Source: Azolla caroliniana
Taxonomy: Eukaryota > Plantae > Polypodiophyta
Direction of reading: 5' to 3'
DNA: 64,000 nucleotides
Assembly: GCA_043228905.1 (NCBI GenBank)
Contig: JBHGNT010000009.1
Coordinates: forward strand, 11,780,001 to 11,844,000
The position numbers and the translations under genes are program-made. A model generated the notes under the pieces. The model did no database searches. It saw only the letters and a list, made by a program, of their open reading frames with translations, and was not told the DNA's origin. Below are positions 49,273-60,568 of the stretch, piece after piece. Position 1 is the stretch's first letter, and every line of letters begins with the position of its first letter.

Positions 49273-52200
49273 TGTAGAAAGTAGCGTGCGGAAGCAGGTA
49301 TGAAGACAGAACAGAGGAAGGAAACACAGGTTTAATGGAGAGCTTGGACTTACACGGTATACGCGGGAGAGACAGAGAGAGAAACACAAAAAACTATATT
49401 TCACAATAATACTCAATCTCTGTACATAAGACGTGCTCAATGAGCACTTTTATACAAGTCCTAGAAGGACTGGCCGAAGTACTGACAGTACTTCAATGCT
49501 CATTAAGAGCTCCTACACGAACTCCCAAATATATTCCTCACGGAATATCTTTCCTAACGACCTAACTGATCGGTCCCAACCGATCCGGTCCTCGGCTTCT
49601 TCAGCCGATCCGGCCGATGTTGAGCTTGTCTCTCAACACTCCCCCTCAAGCTCAACTCGAGGCTCTTCGGGATCCTCGGGCTCATGGCTCCTCGGGCTCA
49701 CGGCTCCGGTTCATCCTGGCTTCACGCCTCGCTCGCGCTCCTTGACCTGTTCGTCTCCGCGCGCTTCGACCCTTCCGGTCGGCTTGTATGCTTATGCGGC
49801 CTTTATCAGCTCTTCTGCTGTTGCGGTGTCGACGCTTCTCCTGCTACCTTTTCTTCCGCTTGGGCCTTGGTTGATTCAATGTATCTAAATCAAATATCCG
49901 AACCGACTCGGCTACTTACGATCGGTTTTCGCTCTCGTCCGAGTTGGCTAACTCCAACTCGTCTTCGGTTTTCTCACCCTCGATGGCATCATCTCCCCTA
50001 TCCGTGGTTGGCTTCAGCTCTCTCCTTCGGCTACTCCCCTTCTGTCCGCTTCCGAACTTTTCTGCGAGTCCGCCCTCAGCTTCTTCAGTCGATCCGTCTT
50101 CAACCGAGTCAACAAACGAGTCAACCGACTCGGTGTCATGGTCACCGCTCCTTTCCTGCTGCCTTGCTTGGTCGTTCGGGACTGTTCTCCCCCTCAAGTT
50201 CGGCACGTCAAGGTGACGCAACCCGAGCGCACCCGAGAATTGCCGCAACTTGTCCAGACCAAGAGGCTTGGTGAAGATGTCGGCAGCCTGCCGATCCATC
50301 GGAACGTACTGAAGTTCGACTTCACCGGAAAGGACACTCTCACAGACGAAATGGTAGTGCACCTCAATGTGCTTGGTCCGTGCGTGGAAGACGGGGTTCT
50401 TCGCGAGTTGGATGTTGCTGAGGTTGTCGTAGTAGATCGTCGTTGGATCTGACACCTCCTCTTGCAGGTCCTTAAGTAGCCGCTTCAACCATATGGCTTC
50501 GCATGTCGCGACAGCCGCTCCTCCGTACTCAGCTTTGGTGCTCGACAGTGCAACTGTCAGCTGCTTCTTACTGCTCCATGCGATCGCGCACTCCCGAGGG
50601 AGAACGCGTATCCAGACGTGGATCGGCGATCGGCGGTATTGCCAACCCAATCAACATCGGTGTAGCCGACTAACTGCGCAGCTGCACCGGTCCAATATAG
50701 CAGTCCTCGGTCCTTAGTGGCACTTACGTACCGCAATATGCGTTGCGCACACTGAAGGTGCTCCTCGGTAGGTCGCGCCATGAACTGACTGATCACCCCG
50801 ACCGGATAACTGAGGTCGGGTCGGGTGATGGTCAAGTATATGAGGCTTCCGACAATTTGTCGGAATCTCGTCGGGTCGCATACCTTTCCCGTATCGGGAC
50901 GAAGCTTGATGGTTCTATCCAGAGGAGTCGAGATGGACTTACAGTTGGCCATCCCTAATTTGAAGAGCATATTCAGCACGTAGTGACGTTGGCTGATCAA
51001 TATGCCTTCGGGGGTACAGATCACTTCGATCCCGAGGAAGTAATGAAGGTCCCCCAGATGCTTCATGTCGAACGATGCCGCAAGCTGGAGCTTCACGCGG
51101 TCGATTTCACCTAGGTCGGCGCCAGTGATGACCAAGTCATCAACATACAGTAAAATACTAACCGGTCCAAGTTGACCTTTCCGGATGAACATGGAAGAGT
51201 CCGATTTTGACGTGACGAAGCCCATCCGACGCAGTTGCTGCGTGATCTTCGCGTTCCAGGCACGCGGGGCTTGCTTCAGTACGTAAAGGCACTTCTTCAG
51301 TCGGCATACTGCCGAGGAGTTCGTTCCAGAGTGACATCCGGGGGGTTGTACCATGTACACCTGCTCCTCAAGGTCACCTTGCAGGAACGCATTCTTTACA
51401 TCCATCTGATGTAGGTGGCACCCCTTGGCCGCGGCTACTGCGAGCAAAATACGGACGATCGTCATTTTCGCAACCGGCGCAAACGTCTCATCGTAGTCGA
51501 TGTCGTGCTTCTGCGCGTAGCCCTTTGCCACTAGCCGAGCCTTGTACCGGTTGACCGAGCCATCGGTGTTGCACTTGACTTTGTACACCCATCTACACCC
51601 GATCGGCTTCACACCCTTCGGTGCGTCAACCAGGTCCCAGGTCTCGTTCTCCGCCAATGCGTGCATCTCTTCCTCCATCGCGACACGCCAATTTGCGTCT
51701 TCCGCCGCGTCTGCGTAGCTCTCCGGCTCACGCACTTCCGCTACACGGGTCATGTACGCATAATGATGCGCCATGACATTGTACTCGTTGTATCCGAACC
51801 GCACAACTGGGTTCTTTTGGCGGGTAGATCGGCGTAATCTCACATTAGCCGATGTCGAGGCCTTCTCGGTCGACGCGGTCTTCAACTTTAAAGACCCATC
51901 ATCGGTTTCCTCGGAGTCAGACTCGCGTCGGTCTGACTCGTTCCTTTCCGTGCCGGAATCCGACACCTTCTTCTTCCCTTTCTCTTTGCGCGTAAGCCGT
52001 CTCCTCGGCTTCCTGCGCGGGGAATGCACGGCCGAGTCTCCACTACTCGCCAGCTCTTCATCGGACTGGTCGTACCGACTCAGTTGTCCAATCGGTCCAC
52101 TTAATCGGAGTGAAATCGGACTTTCTTCGCGGGTCTCGATTTCGGGCTCATCCAGAGGCATCTTGGCCTCGCTGACCTCATCGTCAGGTCTCGTATTGGA

Positions 52201-53239
52201 GTCGGGGTTCCGAGGCGAGGGCAGGTACCAGGACGTGGACTTGTCAAACACAACGTCGCGGCTGACACGCGCTTGTTTGGTGCGAGGGTTATAGCACTTA
52301 TAACCCTTCTGCTCGTCCGAGTAACCGACCAAGATGCACTTCTTGGCCTTTGTGTCTAGCTTCCTCCTTTTCTCCTTCGGTACATGCACATACGCAATGC
52401 TACCGAACACCCTCAAGTGTCGCAAGTTCGGCTTCGTTCCGAAATATAGCTCGTGCGCCGACACTTTGTCTCCAATCCGGTTCTGGATGTATACCGTGGT
52501 CCTTACCGCCTCGGCCCAGTAGAACTTGGGCAAGCTCTTCTCCTCCAGCATTGCCCGTGCCGCTTCCACAATCGACCGATTCTTCCTCTCGGCCACGCCG
52601 TTCTGCTCTGGCGTGTATCTACAACTGAATTCACGCCGAATTCCCATTTGTTGTAGATAACCGTTGAATTGACCGGAAAAGTACTCTTTCCCGCCATCCG
52701 ACCGCAGACACTTGATCTTCCATCCCGTTTCGGATTCGACAATCTCTTCGACGACGAGTAGTCAACTCACTCACTCGACAGTGAATTCGGCGGCTTCGAT
52801 GTACCAATCGGAGCTAAGAAAGGCCTCATCTCTGCAAATGAAAAGCTCCGTCGCTCCACCTGTGAAAAGAATCTGTAGAAAGTAGCGTGCGGAAGCAGGT
52901 ATGAAGACAGAACAGAGGAAGGAAACACAGGTTTAATGGAGAGCTTGGACTTACACGGTATATGCAGGAGAGACAGAGAGAGAAACACAAAAAACTATAT
53001 TTCACAATAATACTCAATCTCTGTACATAAGACGTGCTCAGTGAGCACTTTTATACAAGTCCTAGAAGGACTGACCGAAGTACTGACAGTACTTCAATGC
53101 TCATTAAGAGCTCCTACACGAACTCCCAAATATATTCCTCACGGAATATCTTTCCTAACGACCTAACCGATCGGTCCCAACCGATCCGGTCCTCGGCTTC
53201 TTCAGCCGATCTGGCCGATGTTGAGCTTGTCTCTCAACA
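49273..53239 (-). mobile_element. Internally deleted Copia element L; 366-bp LTRs 49273-49638 and 52874-53239; TSD GTCCC
   Basis: TSD at 49268-49272 and 53240-53244. PPT at 49639-49650. INT-C/RT ORF 50557-52647 and RH 49916-50650. PBS, gag and PR absent. Confidence 0.95.
49916..52740 (-). pseudogene. Copia L partial pol (INT C-half, RT, RNase H with charged extension)
   Basis: TPEQNGVAERKNR, YKARLVAKG, LYVDD, HARTKHIEVHYHF; one frameshift near 50590. Confidence 0.93.
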
Positions 53240-55986
53240 GTCCCCTTTCTACCTTTCCATTAGCTTCTAGATTGTACGCCGTTGTCAAAGAAAGCCGAAT
53301 TCCTATTTTGTCGAAAAAATCTTGAGCTTCCGCAGAATTGAGTTCTCCCCTATCTGCCACTATCTTCCCGATACATCCATATCTACAAACAATGTCCTCC
53401 AAGATGAATTGACATACTCCTAATGTCCCTTTTGTTCGCAATGAACGGCCTTCCACTTGATTTGTTAGATCTTCTCTAGCAAGAACCAAGTATCTCTTTT
53501 GTCCTACTCCAAGTCACATTGTTACCAAATCTATCATCCACTTGTAATGCACCCCCGGTGAGTATGTTTAATATTGACAAGTGGGACAAGTTTCCACATA
53601 CTTTTTTATTTGCTCATAGTATCGAGGCCACCAAAATCGTTCTTTAATCTTACTGAAAGTGGCCCAAACCCCTCGATGACCAGCCCATTCTTTGTCATGC
53701 AGCTCTTTGATTATCTCTTTTCTTTGCCCTTCAGAACCTATTACTCTTTGCGGGTTTCCAATCTTGGTTTTCGGATGTCGCCATAGATATCCTTCATGCA
53801 GGAAGAACTTATGGGCTTTCTTGCGAAACTGTGCAAACTCTTTTCCAGATCGACCTTTGTACTTGTCAAGGGTTTGTAGGTATTTCCTTATTTCCTTGAA
53901 TTCTTCTTCATACTCCTCTTCTAGAAACTGCATTCCTCCTTCCCGGGTAATGCTTGTGGTAAGGACTGTTTGTTCTTTGTCCTCATCGTCCGAGTCGGGA
54001 ATCTCCTCTTCCTCATACCTTGCTCTTGATAACATATCTGCTACTGCATTTCTATTCCCAAAGATATGTCGAACTTCAGGGTTGACTAATCTAATATAGA
54101 TACACCATCTTAACATGGCTTGATCTGGAATATCACAATTAGCTATGATACCAAGAATAGGCAAACAATCTGTTTCTATTATTACTTCAGCACCAATTAA
54201 GTAATCTCTGTTTGTCTTTACTGTTGTTACTATCCCCCATAACTCTCTTTTCACCTGTGCATATTTTCTTTGTCGACCACTAAGAACCTTTGCTCCGAAT
54301 CGGACTGGATACCTTCCTTCCCCATCTTGTTGGCTTATCACCCATCCAATTCCAATGGGACTAGAGTCTACTATGAGATATATGGGTCGGGTGTAGTCAG
54401 GTTGCTTTAATGGTGGAGCTTGTGCTAAGTAGTACTTCAATTTCTTCATTGCCTCTGAATGCTCTTCACTCCATTCAAATATCTCTCCTTTTCTTAGGAG
54501 TCTATATAAAGGTTCAGATAAAGGGGCATAATGCGGAATCCATTTACAATAAAAAACACATACCCCCAGAAATCTTCGTACTTCTGAGACGGATGTACAT
54601 TCCTCTTGCATATTTTGAATTGCATTGACCTTGGTTGGGGATGGCTTTCTCCCGTATGGACCACACATATGACCAAGTATTAATATCTCTTTTGCCCCAA
54701 ATATTGACTTCACCCTGATAAGGTCAAATGCACTTCTTCCATCCTTGATAACACCTTCTCACAATCCTTGATATGATCAGCAACAAATTGACGGCAACCA
54801 CTTTCATCCAATTCCTCGTTCTTCTCTTCCTCCTTCCATCCCTTAATTGGAACATCATCTAGAAAAGGCATTGTAATATGAGGAATAAAATCACGAAGTA
54901 CCTTGTTCATTCCATTCATCATATGCGCCACTGAGTTGGTCGCTCCTTGCGGCAAGGTGCACATCCGTACTAACCCTATAGGTGTCTTGATAGAAGTTAT
55001 ATCTCGACTTTTGAGAGCAAGTTGAAATTGATCATACCCGGAATAAAGGTCTCCCATTGAATATATAGCTCTTCCTGCAAACATCTCAGCAAACTCATCC
55101 ACAATTGGCCCTACTCCCGAGTTTCAGATTGTTACCTTATTCACGGGTTGCATATCTTGGATAAATCGGAGTCGCCCATCTTTCTTTAACACAGTGAACC
55201 ATCGACTCGAGTAAGGAGCGTTCGATGGTTCCAAGATACCCATCCTTATCTTTTCTTTCAAAAGTTCTAATAGTTGAGGGATTCTAGCCCTAGGCATGGG
55301 TATTGGCTTAAAGCTCCATGGAATATGAGGGATAGTGAATATAACCATGGGCTCCACAATTTCTGGATCCACACACCCTATTTCCTCCGGTTGGAATGCG
55401 AACGCCTTTCCATGCCTTTTTAACATCTCCCTGAACTGCTTTTCTTCAGCGGGTAATAGGAAGTCACCCCCTCCTATTTTCATCCCTTGTATTGTTTCCA
55501 GAGTAAACACATGTCCTACCTTTCGTGGGTCTCTGATCATTGGCTCTGTGGCTGCTTCTTTGATTGTCTTTTCACTATCACTTGGAAGTGGAGCAGCAAT
55601 AGGACGAAACTTCTTCTCCATTGTCTTGTATTTTGTTAGTACATGTGCTTCATGATCCTTTTGAGCAACTTCTTTAATGACCTCGTACATCTTGATTGAA
55701 TGGACAGGAACTTGGATTTTGTTGTCTTCTTCCATTGCTTCCAAATGAGTTATTGTATCTTCAAAACTTAATTCTTCAAACATATCCTGAATTTCTTCAT
55801 CATCCTCTATTAATCCAGAACACTTAAAGTACTCGAAAGCATTTTGTATTTTATTATTATTTACTTTTAGTATAAAAGTAGCACCATTAGATGAGATTGT
55901 ACAAGGAATATCTTTATTTACATTATTATTTATGGGGTTTTCTTTTATGTTCAGGCTATCACAGCCCCTACCTGTAAAAGCCCTAT

Positions 55987-58101
55987 CTAAAAATCCTGGG
56001 AAAACCTTTCATCCATCTCTTGAATTGGATGTTCCCTCAAGCATTCTTTATTTCTTTCATGGTTGGGCCTCACGGTTAAGAATTGGACAGTCTTTCTTCC
56101 ATCTTGACTCTTGATTCTCGCAAAAGCCAAACCATCATCAATAACCTTTGTTTCCATCCTCACTGCAGTGATGTAGGGCTGACCAAGGATGATGGGGTAG
56201 GTTGATCGATCCTGCACAAAGAAATGTTGATTCACCGACACATCACCAATTGATACCTTCACACTAGGACATGCTCCAAATAGATCCTCCGTAGTCTCTG
56301 TGGCAGCTCTTATTTTCCACCCATGATTCTTGTCGATCGGCCATCGTCCTCGAGCGTAAAATTCCGATGACATCATGTTAATCTCGGATCCATGATCGAT
56401 CAAAGCAATACATGGAATTTGCTGCTCCCCAATTTTTGCAGGTGCCTCCGTTGTTGCTCGAGCCCAATGGTCCCTTGTATAGTGACTCCTATCCCCTTCA
56501 TGGACGCCAACATCATTCTGGTTTTTTACACTTGCAACATTGATGGTGCCACCATACAAATCTTGGAGTGTTGTTGCACACCCTCCCGTAATTTCCTCCG
56601 TCACCTGTCTCTTCCTTCTAATAATATCTATGATAACTTCATGAAATTCTTTCTTTGCTATACCCAACACTTCTCTTAAAGTAAATTCTACCTTACTATT
56701 CAGTATTCTTGTTTCTAGTACCTTTTTTATATCCGTCGTTGTTTCTATGTCTGAGGCAAGCTTGAAAGATGGGCTTGTCTTTCCTTTTACTTTATCAGCT
56801 TCCTTCGGCTCAATACCACCCTTTTCCATCTCCCTTCTCTTCTGTTCTCGTGTCTCATGTCTCTTTGTCGGATCAGCTTCCTCAGCTCTCTTCCGCTTCT
56901 CTTCCACTAGCACATCTTGTGCATTCACTTGGGCGAATGCCGATAGCGCGTCTACTGGATCATTCCATCCAGTGAAGTTGCGTATTTCATCTCTCGCTCT
57001 TTTTAATTCATCCACTCGAACCTTCCCTTTTCTTGCATAATCCATCACATCTTGCCAAAAGTCAGATCCACCATATGAGTCTTCTACGCGCAACCCTAAG
57101 GTTGCCACGGATTGTATCGCTTGAGTCGTTTCTCTCTCGGCATCTTCCATTAGCTTTTTCATTCCTCCTCGCCCGAAGTTGAGTTGAAGTGGTTGTCGAG
57201 TCTCTGTCGAGTGAATCTTGCCCTCTTGATAGTAGATTTTATTATGATTAAGAGCATCCCTATGCTCTTGACAATCTTTCTTCTGGTGGTCGATACTATC
57301 ACACCACATACACCTTCGGACCATTCCACCTCCCTGCCTTGATGAAGTCGAGCTTTGTTCCGATTCTAGTTTCGTCACTTTGATCGACAAGTCTTTCATA
57401 CCTTTCACCAATTCGTGTAAGAGTGATTCTTCTACTTTCTTTTCTGCCGACTCGTTCCCTGTTTCTTCATCATTTCTGTCGGGCAACTCCATAAACCATA
57501 ACTTTCTTTTGCAAAAATGGGCGCACGCCCTTTTCACCTCCTCCCAGTCTTCAGTAAGTCCACTTGGACTATTCTGATTTTCTAAAAGCATTCCCAAGTC
57601 CTTCCTGTCTTTAATATTAGTAGCTTGTAGGAACAATATGACTTTATCTGGCACTATTATATTTCTATCTCTAACATTTAGTTGCTCAAATCTTTATGAA
57701 AACTCTTTTAATACTTCCAAAACACTTAAATGTTTATTAGACTCTACCCAATCCATGAAGGCTCGCCTTGTCATCCTTGACATATCGTTGAGGTTGTATT
57801 CATTTATCAATGCACTTTCGAAAGTCGCCCATGTCTGATGTTCCCTCTGTAGCTCCTGGATCCTTTCTTGTAGCCCAATCGCAGCGACTCGACTAAAGCT
57901 ATTAATTTTTACAGCTTCGTCGACACTGCGTTTAAGAATTTCTTCATTATAAATCTTCACAAATCTTGTTAAATTTATACCTTCGAAGATTCCTACTCGT
58001 GCAAGAATATTGTCGACGGCTTTGTCGATGCTTGCCATCATCCCTTGTTCCCGCATCACTCGTTCCATCATCGTACACATAAGCCTCATTTGCTCCTCCA
58101 T
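55987..58101 (-). pseudogene. Element E gag-protease (one in-frame stop)
   Basis: ORFs 57694-58101 and 55987-57654; knuckle CMWCDSIDHQKKDC; protease-like ALIDHGSEIN and IILGQPY. Confidence 0.88.
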
Positions 58102-60568
58102 TTCTCCTCGTCGCCGCCTTCATGTCGGGTTCACCAAATGTGTCGGGGTAGTTGTGGTTCGTGCGGCGAAGTCGCGGGGGACTAAGGTTAAGGGGAGTTG
58201 AAGAAACTTAACTTTTAATAAGGCTTGTATGGTGATGTTAGAAAGGTTAAGAGTAGCAAGAAGAAGAGTTACGAGTAATGTGTGAGAGAGAGAGACGAGA
58301 ATAGATAGAAAATAGAGACAATATATGATTCAAGAAACAAGATAGAGACAAAATATGATTTAAGAAGGAAGATTGAGACAAAGTATGAATCAAGAAGCAA
58401 GAATATTTGATATAAACATGATGAAAAAGACAATATTTTACCAAATTCACAATCTTTGATCGCAAACTGAACACATTCTCTACCGACCCTTGATTTGAAC
58501 CCTCGACTTCAACTCTAAGAGACAAGACACTTCCCCAAATGAGCTAGCTTCTTTGCTTGATAAATTGTCTGATTTCTTACTTTCTCTTCCTTGATTGATT
58601 CCCCTATTTTCCCCTTGCCCCTCTTTATATAAGTGTTGCCATGCATATGGTAATGTATGGGAGCATGGCATGCATGCAATGCATGAGTTACATGTAATGC
58701 ATGATTGCCATTTGGCGCACATGCATTGCATGTGATGAATGATGGCTATATATGAAAATAGATATGGGATAAGTATAATGATAAAAATGCATTTTAAAAT
58801 AACTAACCTAGCTTAGTGGTGTATGCTTGGTGCTTGGTATACAAGGTTGAGGGTTCAAGTCCCTCAATTTTACTTAATACAATATATAGCTTCATTCTTA
58901 TATCATGAAGCACATTTATTTCACACTAAATAGCCTAGCCTAGTGGTATATACATTGTGCATCGTATATAAGGATGTGGGTTCAAGTCTCTCAGATATTA
59001 TTAAATACAACATTTAAGCTCATTTTTATATCGTGAAGCACATTCTTCACGACAACGCATATACTCTTGTTTGCTCACGGACTCGATAACTTATGAGCAG
59101 AGAGGAGAAGGAAGAAGAGAACTTGTTAGGGTTTATGGAAGAGGAAGAAATGAAGAAATTGGTTCAAACTATCAACACACACACACACACAGAAGTGAAC
59201 GGGAAATATTATATTGCAGAGTAAAACATATTACAAAGAGTAGGCAACAGACTGCTATAGAATGGCGTTGAACCAATTTAGTTTTGGGATGATTGATATA
59301 TCCCGATTTATAAGTCATATAGAACACTCTAGAATATTCTAGGTTATCCCCATTTGTAGAGTTATCCTAGAAGATATAGTGGACTCCAGGTCGACTAACA
59401 GAGATCGGTCAGAAGATACAAGGACTCATCCGGTTGGAGTTGAACAAGAAACCGAAATGATCGAAGAAGAAGAAGAATCGGACACCGAGACTGGACAAGA
59501 CCCCGAATCGGATTCGGATGAAAGAACAAATGGAGGAATCGGTGGTCGGGAGAGTAGAGCCCCCTGGAGATTTCCAGATGCAAAGCATGTGCTGCTAACA
59601 GACGAAGAGAAAGACACCTACAACCACAAGTGGTTAAGTGCCATGTAGGATGAGATGGATTCCCAGCATGAGAACCACACATATGAATTGACAGAGCTGC
59701 CAAAAGGGAATAGAGTGCTCCGAAACAAGTGGGTGTACAAGCTAAAATCGGGAGACGCCGGAAATCCACCAAGATGCAAAAAGCTCGGATAGTGGTGAAG
59801 GGCTTCCAGTAGAAAAAGGAATCAGAGACTTCGTGATACTCTTGCTATATGTGGATGACATGCTTATCGTTGGACCGGCCCAAACCAAAATCGGAAATTT
59901 GAAGAAGACCTTGAACCAGACCTTCTCAATGAAAGATCTATGTCCAGTGAGACATATATTGGGGATAACACATAGTCTGAGACCGGACGAAGAAGCTGTT
60001 GCGGTTGTCACAGGAGAAGTATGTGACAAAGGTGCTTCAGAGATTCAAGTTGACGGATACTAAGCCGGTCGAGTCGACACTTCTGGCAAACTCCAAGCTA
60101 TCGGGGAAGTAGAGCCCGAAGACAAACACAGAGATGTCGGAGATGATGAATATATCATACGCCTCTATTGTCAGAAGCGTTGATGTACACAATGGTGTGT
60201 ACCTGACCGGATATTGGATATGTTGTCGGAGTGGTCAACCGGTTCATGAGCAATCTGGGACAAGGACATTGGACCACGGTCAAGTACATACTCTGGTACT
60301 TGAAAGGCACCTCAAGTATGTGCCTCCAATTCGGCTTAGGAAAATCCCAACTTGAAGGATTCATGGATTCAGATATGTCGGTTGATGCGGATATCAACCA
60401 GTCTATATATCCGGATACGTCATGATAGTCGAGGTTGCAGAAGTCTGTTGCATTGTCAACAATGGAAGCAGAGTATATGGTAGTTGTGGAAGCTAGCAAA
60501 GAAGTAATCTAGATGAAGGACTTCATCGGAGAGCTCGGGATCCAGCAGGAGGAATACTGGCTCTATTG

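Larger units (their letters stand above)
48594..55990 (-). pseudogene. Element E RT-RH-INT, interrupted by Copia L
   Basis: ORFs 55124-55783, 54710-55102 (LPQG, FLDD), 53568-54713, 53202-53489, 48594-49247. Confidence 0.9.
47687..59054 (-). mobile_element. Full-length non-chromovirus Gypsy element E (tRNA-Trp primed); LTRs 58141-59054 (5') and 47687-48601 (3'); TSD ACGT/ACGC
   Basis: About 915-bp near-identical LTRs, PBS at 58119-58136, PPT at 48602-48613, gag-PR-RT (PFLDD)-RH-INT order. Confidence 0.95.
28832..59372 (-). mobile_element. Decayed Tcn1-like chromovirus K; 3' LTR 28832-29510, pol 29503-32208, PR/gag about 46300-47686, leader 59055-59169, truncated 5' LTR 59170 to about 59372
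   Basis: Chromodomain FEVVAILDSK...YLVNWLGY at 29503-29901, RT YLDD at 31873-32178, gag CLYCGSPGHIAINC at 46619-46894. LTR pieces match each other. Confidence 0.88.
25617..60568 (+). mobile_element. Copia element A2 (family of A), split by a large nest; own sequence at 25617-27159, about 27930-28831 and about 59373-60568
   Basis: LTR 25617-26148, PBS TGGTATCAGAGC at 26152-26163, gag 26343-26777, INT 28125-28831, RT (LLYVDD) at 59833-60063, RH remnants to about 60568. Confidence 0.82.
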
